A DNA stretch of 64,000 nucleotides from Chlorokybus atmophyticus (GCA_009103225.1 RHPI01000026.1:553210-617209), one strand, 5' to 3'; shown: positions 38,796-51,159, counted from the stretch's first letter. Notes: generated by a model from the sequence alone, not told the origin. Numbers and translations are program-made.

Positions 38796-39136
38796 TGTTA
38801 CATTTGATAAATTGTGATCACTATCTCGTTGGGTACCATACGATAGGTATCTTTCGATAGGTACCTTATCGATGGGTACCTTATCTGAGCTGCGATTGGC
38901 TCATGCTAGATTTCCCAACTACCCTATCTGTAGGGTCGATGTCTAGTTGTGAGTTAATTATTGAGAGATATATATTTGATATACTCTTGATATAATAGGT
39001 CACATCAAACTGATGTGACCTCACTTTTAGTTCTCTGCTCAGTGGCGGTCACGCCACTGAAAGGCTTGTCATGGGCGGTGTGGGTGTTGGGGTAGAGGAT
39101 TGAAGGGGCATCACCGGCGAGGGTGGTGCTGTTACA
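38784..39136 (+). repeat. 3' LTR, missing its first ~176 bp
   Basis: Diverged copy of 33103-33464 ending GTTACA before the TSD; fused directly to integrase sequence. Confidence 0.85.
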
Positions 39137-39362
39137 GTAAGACTCTTACGGGACACATGTGACATTGAGTTGCGCAAATGACACCTAAGGGCGTGTTTGC
39201 CAACATGCAAGCAATGTCATACTATTAGCATGGGCCAAGATAAAGCTCACAACTTATCAACCTGCCTTCAAGACTCCGAAACCGAGGCTCGCAACCTAAC
39301 CTCTATACTCATAAACATGTGCGTATTGTATGCCTGTGCTGAACCATGCCTACCCGCACACA

Positions 39363-39520
39363 TGTGTGCCTATCCGCACACATGTGCGGATAGGCACACA
39401 TTTGAACCATGTGTTCCTATCCGCACACATGGTTCAAATGTGTACCTATTTACATGGTTCGATTTTAGCACACATTTCAACCATGTGTGCCTATTCAGGC
39501 ACACATGGTTGAAATGTGTG
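39363..39520. repeat. Cluster of three perfect short-loop palindromes built from shared units
   Basis: Arms 39363-39380/39383-39400 (18 bp), 39397-39414/39425-39442 (18 bp) and 39469-39492/39497-39520 (24 bp) are all exact inverted repeats. Confidence 0.92.
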
Positions 39521-41079
39521 TCTGGCGGATACCTGGTAGGCACATGTTTGAACCATGCGTGCCTGGTTCACGCTGCGAGCGCGGATGTGGCCACAGGACC
39601 TCTACTTGTATGACACCTACCCACGACAGCTGTATATGATGTTGGCGGCGATGATGGGGGCAAACACCGTATGCATGGGGAGCAGACTCTGCCCATGCCA
39701 ACACCGACACAGCATACAGCATCGACACAGCAAGTACCACTGGCACAGCAAGCAGCTGTCAGTCACGTAGTGGTCTTGAGTGCATGTGACAGCGCTCATG
39801 GACCTGCAGCGCTGAGCGACTCTGACGGCGGCTGCCAGGCTGCTGTGGCCCAGCAGGGTTAGGAGACGGTGCACACGGTTGTGCAGGGGCAGGGCAGAGG
39901 GGCGGGGCAGAGGGGCCCTGTCCGACCGGCAGCAACGAAGGTGGCGCGGCCACAACGGAGCCAGGACAAGGAGGGGCAGGCTGAGGAGACAGAGGCGGAG
40001 GAAGAGAGAGAGGAGGAAGAGGGAGACAAGGGAGGGAGGGAGGGAGGGAAGGGGGCGGGCACATGGATCTACTGCATGTTCGTGCTGCTCACACCGCTGC
40101 AATCAGTGACAACCGTTGTTGACGCTGCCATTCGGTAGTGAAGCTAGGATGCTAGGAGGTTAGCCCGGTGGTAAACTATTAAACAACAATGACTGCCTGC
40201 ATGCTGTATGTTGCCTACACTTGCATGTTCTTTGCATGCGCATACATACGCCACATTGTATGTATTGTACAGCGAGCGGCATGGTGGTGGCGGAGAGGGA
40301 GGAGGGAGAGGCGGAGGGGGGAGTCCATTTGGGCTGCATGTGCGTGTGTGCTCGCCAGCAACAACGACACTAACATTGACCGCCATGTGAAACAGGTAAT
40401 GCAGCTGCTGCTCATTGTTGGGGGCTGTGCATAGTTTAGGCTGATGGAGAGTAGACACATAGCCTGGCAGTAGTAGATGTAATGGTATGGCGTTGCTGTA
40501 TGTGATAATGGTGTGCATGCATGTTCAGCAATGCAGCAACACAGTGCGCATGTCAACACGGTTTGCAGCATGGTCACCATGCTCCATCACGGTGATGGAG
40601 CACCCTGTACACATAACACACGTCACATACATACAAACCTAGACCCACACTCACACGTGCATGGCTTTATGCTACGCCAGCGCCGCGTCCCCCTCGGTTG
40701 TTAGAGGGCCCTGGGCCACCTAGACCCTCAGGCAGCAAGGCAGGGTTAGGCAGTAGCAAAGTCAAAATCTGCAGAGCGCAAGAGGCCACATCCAATAACA
40801 TGCTTTTGCAAACATTCAATAATGCTACAGTGCTGTCAGTGGTGCATCCTGCGTGCACTCGCAACGCGAGCGTGCATGTGTATGTGCGTGTGGCAGCTTA
40901 CAATTCCCAAGTTCTGATGGCTACATGCGAGCAACCAAAGCGAGAAGTGCGAGACCACTATCCCTGAGCCTCCGCTACACTACGCTTAACCCCGCACATG
41001 GTTCCGGAAATGTCATGAATTCTTCGCGCACTTTGAGAGCAACCAGGCAAAGGCAATCAATCACCAACGGCTAGCTGTA

Positions 41080-44000
41080 TCAGTGCATTGTTTGATTGTT
41101 CAAGACGGGGTGCCCATTAACATTATCTTCATCTGTGCGTATCTCCGTCCATGTGGATGCTACACCATCTGACGCACTATGCGAGCCTTCTGTTTGTGCA
41201 CGCCCCAAGTCTTCTGCAACCACCCCAAGCGGTGCTGGCGAAATTGTGGGGCGCGCGTAAAACTGGCTGGCTCGCTTCTCGATATGGAATCGCTCCGTTG
41301 CAGCAAGCAGACCCCTCAACTGCACACGACCACAACTTTCTGCTCAAGCTCAGCTACCCAAATAGAGTGCGAAACGAAATGAGGAGTGCACTCTATAAAT
41401 TGCTGACCTTTGCATAACCGTAATCGTTGGGCTTGAAATCAGGTTGCTTGATACGCAAATGATTGGCTATGTCGCTTATCTCTGCCCAACCATCCTGCCC
41501 CGCATTTAACTCTACAGCAGCATAGAGCAGCTCCATCAAAATACTGTCTCTGCGCAGCTTCTTGCCAGTGGCTCTGTAAACAGGTGCTGCAACAAACTAG
41601 ATCATCAGCATGTGTGATTGCCGGGGTGATACCTTACAGCCCTTCTGCTTGGTTTCAACAAGATGTGTCGCGTTTTCAATAAGATACCTGGTATGGGTGG
41701 CGGCGTTTTAAACTCCACTACTGCAATCTGCACCTCAGATGCAGTATCGCCGGCAGGATCAGGTGAAGTCTCCTCTGGTGCAGATGCCTGCTCTAGCATT
41801 GGAGAGGCGTCTGCTGCAAAGGGCTCCTCCGAGCCACCCTCATCAGCCTCTTCTGGGACTATCAATCGCACTGACCAAAATGTGTTCCCTCTTCTCTCAA
41901 CATCAAACAAGCCGGTTAATGCTAAAAACTGCCGGAACTGCAGATCAACAGTGGGTCAACACCAGGCAAGCACTTTAAGGACAGTGGACAGCAGCCTGAC
42001 CACCTATGATGGCATCTTCACTTACGCGTACAAAGTAACAAGAAACAGTTGAGTGTGTAAGTCCAGGCAAGCATGCTCATATGCAACCGGGCCAAGTCAA
42101 GTTAGCGAGTGTCTTACCGTAGGGAACCCGTAATCCTTGCTTCTAAATGTCGGCAGCTCATGGCTTACGTATTGTGCAATGTCATTGATACTAGCCCACC
42201 CTTCACTGTCTGCACAGGTTGCAGCGCAGCTGCGAAGCATCGCTAGCATTGTATCATCAACCCGACTGCCTCCTGCAGAATGCACTTCTGATAATGACAT
42301 CTGAGTATAATGCACATTGCAAGAGACACCTTCAGAATGACTCAGTGCTTGCAGATGGAAACCATCACACTCTCCCAATATCCATATTTGCATTTATCTT
42401 ACCAGCAAGGATAGGCTCTTCAATGGCTCGCTTGATATGCATAGGCTTCTCTCGGGTAGCTCTGTCCAAGTCATGTTCCAATGCGCGCTCTTTGTGCGCA
42501 AGGGATATGCGGTCTGGACCTATGTAACTACGCTTCTGAACATTGCTGTGGTTCCCTCCAAGCTCCCGTACAAAGTACACATGGTCTTTGCGTTTCAACT
42601 CAAACAGCCCAGCCGCTTTGAGAAGCTCTCTCAGCTGTATCATTGACGGTCAGTACCACTGGACAGAAATGCGCAAGCACTCGTAAAAAGCAACACACCT
42701 TCTCGAACCCAAAGTCGCTGGGTCTGACGTGCGGTGCATACTTCAAGACATACTGCGAAATTGCGTACACACTTGCCCAACCATCTTCGTTTGCAGATGC
42801 CCTGACTGAGGCTCGCAGCAGCTCCAGGCTTTTAGTATCATCGCGCACATTCCGCTTTTTGTCACCAACAGCTGCAACATGTACACTCAGCGCCTTGCAA
42901 GCCACAACCTTCAGCATTACACACGCATCCATTCGCATGCAAGCACGCAGACACACTCATCCGGCCACACGTGCCCGCCCTCACACACATGCATACCTAT
43001 GGTGCTACTGAGCACGGGTGAATCCGAGGAATCGCACTCGGGCAAGTCATCGAACAATATGAAATGGTCACACGCAGCACGAAAGGCCAAAGGAGAATGG
43101 GCAGCTCCACTGCCAATAACCAGTTTTCCAGCATCGCGAAGCTTGGCTGCTAAGGGTGTGAAATCGCTATCACTTGAAACAATGCAGAAACCATCAAAGT
43201 CTTGAGTGTATAACAGACTCATGGCGTCGATGATCATCGACGCGTCTGTAGCATTTTTCCCTAGATAGTGCCAACGAGTCAGTCAGTCACAAGCCAATTG
43301 TGATCTAGTGGCAGGCAAGCGCAGTACATGGCACAACAATGCTTGCCTGTTGTATACTCGAACTGCTGTACAGCTTGAATGTTGTAGCGTATACAATACG
43401 ATTTCCCTGCGAGTCACAGTGATAAGCAGGACACCTCAGTGCGCTTTTAGTCAACATATGGCTGCTATCCTGCAGCTCGATGTCAGACATGCATGCGAGC
43501 ATGCATGTGTGCTGCCACGTACAGACTCTCAATGTGGGCTTCATCCAATCCCCATACACGCGCTTGGTTGCGATCGTGCCATACGCTTGCAGCTCAAAGA
43601 GCAATCTGGCAACCATGTCTGCGTTGGCGTTGTCACCATCAATGAGTACTGCAATCTTCTGTGCGGTTGCTGTGCTTGCTCCCAAGGAACGTATGTGGGA
43701 CGCGGGGGATGCTGCTGCGCTTGTAGTTTTGCTCGTTTTGATGACATAAGATGCTGAGACCGCTTCAGAATTGCCGTACCTGACGGGAAATCCAAAGAAC
43801 TGCAGATGCACAGGGATTAGCCAAGAATGACCAGTACTGTGTAACTCTGCGCGCTACAGCTGCAGGGGTACACCTCTCAACTACATCAAGCATGGTAGAA
43901 CCATGCATGCAACCATTCATGCCCAATTGCTTTCAACAGCATGAGGTTACGAGGAAGTCACACAGTCGTCCATACGAAGAGCTGGAAAGACGATTGTGCA

Positions 44001-44219
44001 ATGTGCAGCACGTAGCAACGAGCTTGAGATGGGGCCAATAACAACCTGTCGGCGTACCGCAATTTGGCGAAGGGATCGCCTGCGCAACCTGTCATAGTCC
44101 CTTGCGGTCGCAGTTGCAACAAACGCAGCACCAGTGCCCGACACTGCGTAAGAACAAGACGCTACAGGAGGAGGCAGCAGCAGCACCGCTTGCGCGGCCA
44201 GGAGCGCAGCTGCAGCCAT
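41080..44219 (-). CDS. NYN (LabA/DUF88-type PIN-fold) ribonuclease with three OST-HTH/LOTUS domains and a probable N-terminal transit peptide
   Basis: KIAVLIDGDNA, KRVYGDW, QQFEYTTG|KNATD, MIIDAMSLLY, CIVSSDSDFTPLA, AFRAACDHFI. Three repeats of the type DGWA..I..Y....P.F...DYGF.KL..LL.A..LFE (about 42890-42540, 42260-41890, 41560-41250). Exon 1 is Ala/Ser/Thr/Arg-rich (ATG 44219, inferred). Confidence 0.88.
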
Positions 44220-44527
44220 GCCCACCAACAATCCCTGTACGTACCTAGCTAGCTACCTACCTACCCAATGGCCACCACTTAGGGTGGTAAGACAACCAAT
44301 GCAACAGGCCCCTGACCTCACGGCCGCCGCCGCCCACGCCGCCACCGCCGGCAACCCTAGCCCGTGTACTGGAATGCACTTGGGAAATTTTTTTGATGTT
44401 GAATGCCAGCGTTGGCGTTGATATCACAGATCGCCGTAGCTAAGCCACATCTGTCTTATCCTCCTTGTCGCCGGCATTGTCGGAGTGCCTGGGAGTGATG
44501 ACGTCGTCGTCGCTTTTGTCGACTGCG

Positions 44528-46700
44528 ATGGAGGACTTAGCGGCGGCTGACGACGTTGGTGACCCCGACGCCTACGCCCTGACCATCGTGCAGCAGTACC
44601 TCAAAGAACACGGCTACTACGACGGTGAGCGCTCAGCAAGCAGCTAGGGTTTGGGCCTTCATGCACGCTAGTGCAACCCCCGTCTGCATGCGTTGCAAGC
44701 TGCACCCCGTAGCAGCTGATTCAACCACGATATCGTAGTCAGCTGCTACGGGGTCAATGTGCAGCTTGCACAGTATGCATTGTCAAGCATGCTTGTATGC
44801 ATGTTTGGCAAGGTGCATACTGACCCTAGAAGCTGATCTGAATTGGTCAATTCAACTCTACTCGTGAGCTGACCTGTTCTGTGTGTCCTTGTGCATGTCC
44901 CGGATTGCACAGTTCTGGCTGCGCTGGAAGCCGCGAGGTGACAATTGCACGTTTTTGTGGGGCTTACAGTTTGTGGGACTACTGCTGTACTCATGCAGCA
45001 ATGATGCCCTTCAACTTTACAAGTGCATGCATTTCAACTTGATTGTATGTAACCGTTAGCTCTAATGGCAGCGGGCAGACGTATCAAGATGATGTGCTCG
45101 GACGAGGCTCGCAGCTGTTGCAGCTGGTATATGATCACATGGAGCGGCAAGCTCAAGGGCCTTCTGATGGAGAGATAGCTGCTAGACACGAAGAATCTCA
45201 ATTGGTAAGCCTCATGTTTGGTACTTGAGCATTGCAGACTGTGTGCATGGTGCCGTGTGTGCTGGCGTGTGTGCACTTCCCTGCGTGCATGAACGCAAGA
45301 TTTGAACTTGCGTTAAACATTGCAGTTGAGGCCTGGTTCAGGAGGGTTTGCAGAACGCCAGCTGTCGTCTTTAGACAGTCTGCATGTCGTCAATATACTC
45401 ACTGTGCGTTGGTGCCCAGGTGAGAGAATGGTTGTTGATGTTACTCTAAGCTGCTTGCCATGTTGTCTTGTGTCGTCTCTGGCATTGACTGGTTCCAGTC
45501 GTGCAGGAACCTCCCTTATAGCCACAGGGGCTGCTGATTCCGTGCTGCGGCTAATAGACACGGCGACCGGGACAGTTGTACTGGCGACCATTGCCGGTGC
45601 GGGCGGGCTTCTGTCAATGGACTTTCACCCCAAACCAAGGTATACACACAGGAACATGCATGCGCTTGCTGGTTGCATTCTGACAAGGCTATCTGGAGTG
45701 GTTGCTATGTGAGCTTTCAGTATCTGCTCATGACCATGCATGTTCTGACATGGCCACTGGCAGGCCCGATGACCGTCGGGTGCTGGTTGGTTACATGGAC
45801 GGGTCTCATTCCATTGTTGACGCCAGCAGCGGCAGCGTCTTGCAGCAATTTCGAGTGCACCGAAAATATGTTGCTCGGGTGCGCTGGTCGCTGGACGGTG
45901 GATGCTTTGCAACTGCCAGCTATGACAATACTGTTGGTATTTACGATAGACCGTCGGGTGAGTAAAGAGCATTTCTGCAAGCTGACTCGTCACTACTTGC
46001 TGAGACTGTACAATGCAGATGAAAATGAGTACAAATTGAGCAAGCAGTTGACTTTTGAAGGCATCATCGATGGCATAGCTTTTCTTGAGAACAAAGTTCT
46101 TGTTGTGGCCGTGCGAGCAGACAACCGCTTGCACTTTATCCATGTCACTGAGCAGTTTCGCGACGAAACTTTCAACATGAATGCCAACAACGATGAGCAT
46201 GTCTCTTTCAATGTGAGCGACATTTCCGTCAGCCCGGATGGCCACCTGTTGCTGGTGTCCACTGATGGACCCCGTATGATCCTGTTCACAATTCAACCCT
46301 GGAAACAGGTACGGTGGTAGCAAGTTAAGTCGCTCTACGTGCACGTTGTACTCGCTATGCCACCGCATAAGATGCACGCAGGCACACACGCAGTAGCATA
46401 CGCTCACTATGTTGTTGTGCAAGTTAATGTATCGCGCATGTTTCTTAGGTGCGCAACTTCTACGGGTATGTGAATGAGCCTTTGACACAACATCGACATG
46501 CCTGGCATCCAGATGGTCGGTATATCTACGCGACATCCTCGGACTTGTCGGTGTACGTGTACGACATCGGGACACAGAAGCTAGTCCACAAGCTGGCTGG
46601 CCATGCGGGCATTGTGCGCGATCTGAGTTGCAACCCCGACACTGGCATGCTCGCCACTGTCAGTTTTGACAAGACCGTGCGCTGTTGGGGTGATAAGTAG
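44528..46700 (+). CDS. LisH + WD40-repeat protein
   Basis: N-terminal LisH-like ALTIVQQYLKEHGYYDVLAAL. WD repeats IATGAADSVLRLID, FATASYDNTVGIY, HAWHPDGRYIYATS, LATVSFDKTVRCW; stop at 46700. Confidence 0.85.
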
Positions 46701-47284
46701 TGAAAGTACTGCCGTGGAATGCTGACAGATCACTAAAACACCAGCTGAAGTTCCTTGTGCGAGACCAGACAAGAAGGTGAGATGAATCTTTCCTTTTTGG
46801 TGCGCGTGTGTGCGTGCCTGAGGTGCAAGTGTAGCGTCTGAGGTTGGTGTGTCAGTGAGGCAGCGTCCAGCTTTTGCTTTGCTGCTTTCAGCACAGGCAT
46901 GCAAACATCACACCGGACGGCTGAGCTATGGCAAACACGTCCTGCGCAAGTGCCATGCCAGAAACTGTCGTAATTATCGCGGTCGTTTGTAGTCGTTGTT
47001 AGTTTGGCTGCTTTAAGAATTTAAAAGCAAGCGAAGTACTGGGGATTAAAGTCTCGTTTGCGCTAGTCTACGGATGTCAGCTATACCTCGGTTGTTGACT
47101 GTTCTGGCAGGCGGTTGCTTGCAACTGCGTCCATACCATAGCAACTCATTTACAACAGCAACCGACTTGTGCATGCCACAGGGCTGCAGTCTGTCAAGTC
47201 ATTAACACTGTTGTGGTGTTATGTAGGTGCCAGTTGACAGAGACTCTGCGAAACCCCAAGTTACAACTCACCCTACCTCGCGCT

Positions 47285-47600
47285 GCATTGTGGTCTGTGC
47301 TTATGTGACCGCGGCGGAGACGCTGGGCACGCTGGGTGGGGCGTTCCACGCCCTCATCGCCAGGTGCGCCCGGCAGGCGGTCTACACGCGTGGCCTCACC
47401 CTGGGGCGTCTGAGCGGGTTCGTGGCGCTGTATCGCCAACGCATGGCGTGCGCCCTGCAGCGGGCGCAAGGGATGGCGCTGCTGGAGCGAGGTGCGGCCG
47501 CCGTGGTGGCTGCACCGGGCTGGGCGCCGCTGCAAACGGTGCCACCAACGGCGGAGGAGGATGCGGTGCTCGCTGGCTACGGGCCCCATGTAGGCGTTGA
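47285..47600 (+). mobile_element. Possible 3' remnant of a CRE-like non-LTR retrotransposon (restriction-like endonuclease C-terminus)
   Basis: Intronless GC-rich island encoding AAETLGTLGGAFHALIARCA...FVALYRQRMACALQRAQG. It resembles the recalled CRE-clade C-terminal pattern ETxGxLG...(R/Q)R(L/M)SxALQRxN. Confidence 0.45.
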
Positions 47601-49428
47601 GTTGTCTCCTGTGTTTGGGTTACCTGCTGTGTGTGTTAGGCATGGACAGAACCCGGACCCTCTTGTGTATTGCGTGCAATCGATATAAGTTGTGCTTACG
47701 TGACCTGTTGCAATGCGCATGTTCCTTGAGACATCTTGTTCTCTCTCAAATCCTGGTAGAGACGAGAGAGCAGCGTGTTCATCAGTACTTAATGGTACTT
47801 CATTGTCATTCTCTTGCTACCGCTTCCGCTTCGCTGTCTACCACAACAAAGCTGTACAGAGATGGTACTTTCATGTGTCTGCTGAAGGTTAGGGCTTCTT
47901 TGCCATGTTAGTTATATGGCCAGTGTGGCTGACTGGGATTGATCAGCTGGCTGGAATGTGATTGACCCATGCAAGAAAAGACAAGGTAGCTTGCAAGCAT
48001 GCGCGCAAACAGGTCCCAGCAATCAGGACGTTTTTCGTTTCAGAGCACAGCAACGTTGAGCACATGCCTAACATGGTTGCGGATATGCTGCTGTTTGGGC
48101 AATGCATGCTCGTAGTTACTCTGCGCATATTCTGTACACTGCTGCTGTGTATGGGCATGTGCATGTCGACTAACTGAGTGCGCATGCAGACTCGTTTTGA
48201 GCATGTATGATACAGCACCCAGTATACGCAAGTGCGTGTCTGCATCTGTTTGTGTGAAGCGTAAGAATGCCAAGGTGTGCAATGTCAAGCCAACAACACC
48301 AATGCACAAGTTACACAAATTGGGGGGCCCAGAACAGCGCTAGCTACAGCTAGACCAGGAAAACATTGATGAGTCGTCAATAGGCAGGGCAGGGCAGGGC
48401 ATGTACACAGTGCATGCTGCATTGGCCCCGCAGACTTGCACATTGCATCTACATATCTAGGCGTTCCAGTGCCACATATCTGTATAGGTTGTTTATTATG
48501 CAGACCCTGACATCCTTGAGCCGAACTGAGCTCCGCTGCACTCCCGATTGTCAGCTTTACAACAAACGCAGCACCAACAGTACTGCATTCACAGTATTGT
48601 ACGCGAAGCTGATAGGACATGCGAACGCTAAGCTGTCTGTCTGTCGAATCATGCCCACATGACTGCTCAGAGGACACTGAATTGCATCCTACAGCAGACG
48701 TAGACATTGTACTTGCACAGTATGTGCATGGCCATCCATCACTGGTATGGACGACCAACAAGCAACAAGTTGCCTCACGCACGGCACAGCAGCCCATGTG
48801 GGCAGGTAATGACAAAAGTGTGCTTGTGCATGCATGTCTGTCGGGGAAGGCTAGTTGATGTAGAGTAGCGAAGTAGCACAGCCCGGGGGTAACAATGGTG
48901 ATGTGTACCAGTGTGGGTGAAATGCTTGAGTGATGTGCATATTGCATGCGTGTGCACAACAGCACGTCATAAATAGCCTGTACGCAGTGTTGGTCGCCTT
49001 CATCAGCATTCACCACACACCGTACCATACCCTTTATATACACTGAGCCCAATGCGCAGTGATGGAAATAGCATGACTGCCAAGTGGCAAGGCCATCTGA
49101 TGTCACGGCAAGTTCTTCCTGCAAGTGGTCAATACTTGCTAGAACTGGGACATACACATTAGTCCATTGATCGCACAAGCATCTACAATGCACGACCAAA
49201 GATTCGTCTACTTTTATACTTATAGCTTTGCACTTTCGTAACCTGAGCTGGAAACCCACAAACCTGCCATATGCAACCTTGAGTCAGCGCAAGGCCGGAA
49301 CATATACATCAGTATACAGAGAGTCTGACCTCCAGTGCAGGCGACATCCTTGAAGATGCATATTTTGAAAAATATGTGTGAAGAACAACCGTGTCTTCAA
49401 CTGTGGTTTGCAGGTGTGTAGGGCCATG

Positions 49429-50719
49429 TCATTCACAGAAAACAGCACCAAGTACGGTATCCTCATCGACATATTGCGTGCCATCATCCAGCAAGTCACT
49501 GTGCTCTCGTTGATCTTGCCGCTGTTGCTGCATGTTCTTGGCCTGTTGTGCATCTAGTTGTTCCTGCCAAGATGGCCGGCTACCAACCACAAACTTGTTG
49601 CCTTGCCTTTGTCGCTCCTGGAAGCCAGCCCACACTGCACAGACAAAAAATGACCTGTAAGTTGTTTCTGTGAGTAGATATGAGGAGTAGATATGCTGCT
49701 GGCTCACATGCAAAGTGGTGGAACACTATCGAGGCCGCTACAGCCACATTTAGTGAAGCCGTCCCGGAGCCATACTGCTGTATGTACACAAATTCATCGC
49801 ATATCGCCATCTGCTTGCTTGACAAACCACTCCCCTGCAAGTAATGCATGCATTCAATGCTGCAAGTCCTGTGTAAGATCTTGTATGACCAGTGGTGCTA
49901 CCTCATTGCCAAGCAGAAAGGCTGTTGAGCCTTGGAAGGGGTGTTCTTGCACTGGTCTGCATACACAATAAGGTGGTTTCTACCACTACGACTGCAGCTT
50001 TGAACACTGCATTGAGCATGCCTACCTGGCGCTGTCAACTATCTCTATTCCACAGATTGTGCAACCCAAGCGTTTCAGGTACTCTCTGGCTTCATCCAGG
50101 CTGTGAACGTGCCTAAATTTGACAAAGTCTGCTGCTCCATGACTGCCTACAGAGTTATGTTGGCACAAGCTGAAGGGTTAGGTAAGCAGCGTTGTAGCCT
50201 TCACAGTAAATGACGCGCAGTCCTTGTGCAAATGCACACGCATGCCCAATGCTTGCATGCACACCGAGCATGCTGACAAATGCACACCAAGACGCATTGG
50301 TAAGAGAACGAATTGCTCTCATTGATTGCATGGGGGATGCAACCAGCGTACCAAAAGTGTTGAAGCGCTTTTCTCCCACTACCAACACCTCAGAGACGCC
50401 GAATGCGCTGCAGCAGCGTGCCAAAGTGCCCAAGTTATGCCTCTGTAGACACAGACGAGATCAACAGCTTGAAACCCGATACATTGCGTGCTATCTCCTT
50501 CTACCCCAATCACATGCATGCACTTGAACCACTCACCTTGCCAATGTTATACACCACGAGATAGCTTCTGCTTGCCGTGTCCTGCGCCACAACCCCGAGC
50601 CCCTTTACTGAGTCAGCCACAATCCCACTGCTCGCTCCTCGTTCAACAACCTCCTCGTCGCCGTTATCGTTCTCCTCCTGCTCCTCAGCCTGCTGCTCCG
50701 CCGCCGCCGGAATTTCCAT
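49429..50719 (-). CDS. SpoU/TrmH-family (SPOUT) tRNA/rRNA 2'-O-methyltransferase; start uncertain
   Basis: YLVVYNIGK|RHNLGTLARCCSAFG, GSHGAADFVKFRH, GSGLSSKQMAICDEFVYIQQYGSGTASLNVAVAASIV (SpoU motif 3). Confidence 0.88.
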
Positions 50720-51035
50720 TGGCACCTAAACAACTTCCAGCTTGCAACGCCAGCCTTGAAGGTTAGCGTTTGAACTTGGAAGTTCGTTCGCCTTAGCATT
50801 CAATGCCTGTGGCTTTATGCGTACGGCGAACGAAGTCAAGCCTTCGTACAAGTCGCCTGCAGATCACTGATCTGAGATCAGCACGAAAAGTTGGTACACA
50901 TGGGTAGAGTTATTTCCTCTGCCTACTTGCCATCGTCCGACGTGGCGTTGCTTCGGTTTGCGCTTATCTCCTCGACGAGGACGTCAGTGTGCGCGTCATC
51001 GTCGAGCTTATCCGCAGCGGCGGCGAGGCCAAAAT

Positions 51036-51059
51036 TAGGGTTTTGAAAGATTAGGGTTT
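51036..51059 (+). promoter_or_regulatory. Two telo-boxes (TAGGGTTT) upstream of AlaAT
   Basis: Exact TAGGGTTT at 51036-51043 and 51052-51059, about 100 bp before the ATG at 51160. Confidence 0.5.
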
Positions 51060-51159
51060 GCCAGGGAGTGTCGCCTGCGGCGGCGGCGGCGGCTGGAGGG
51101 GAGGAGGACAGGGGAGAGGAGACGGGGTTTGTGGCCTCTGTGTTGGTGGTTGTTTGGTC

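Larger units (their letters stand above)
32927..39136 (+). mobile_element. Decayed Ty3/Gypsy LTR retrotransposon with 5-bp TSD
   Basis: Termini TGTAAC...GTTACA; TSD GTAAG at 32922-32926 and 39137-39141. Domain order gag, PR, RT, RNaseH, INT is typical of Ty3/Gypsy. Many stops and frameshifts. Confidence 0.93.

Noticed and set aside
45625-46575. 316-aa minus-strand ORF
   Set aside because: Antisense shadow of the WD40 exons.
51036-51059. Interstitial telomere
   Set aside because: Only isolated 7-8-mers near gene starts, not tandem arrays; treated as telo-boxes.
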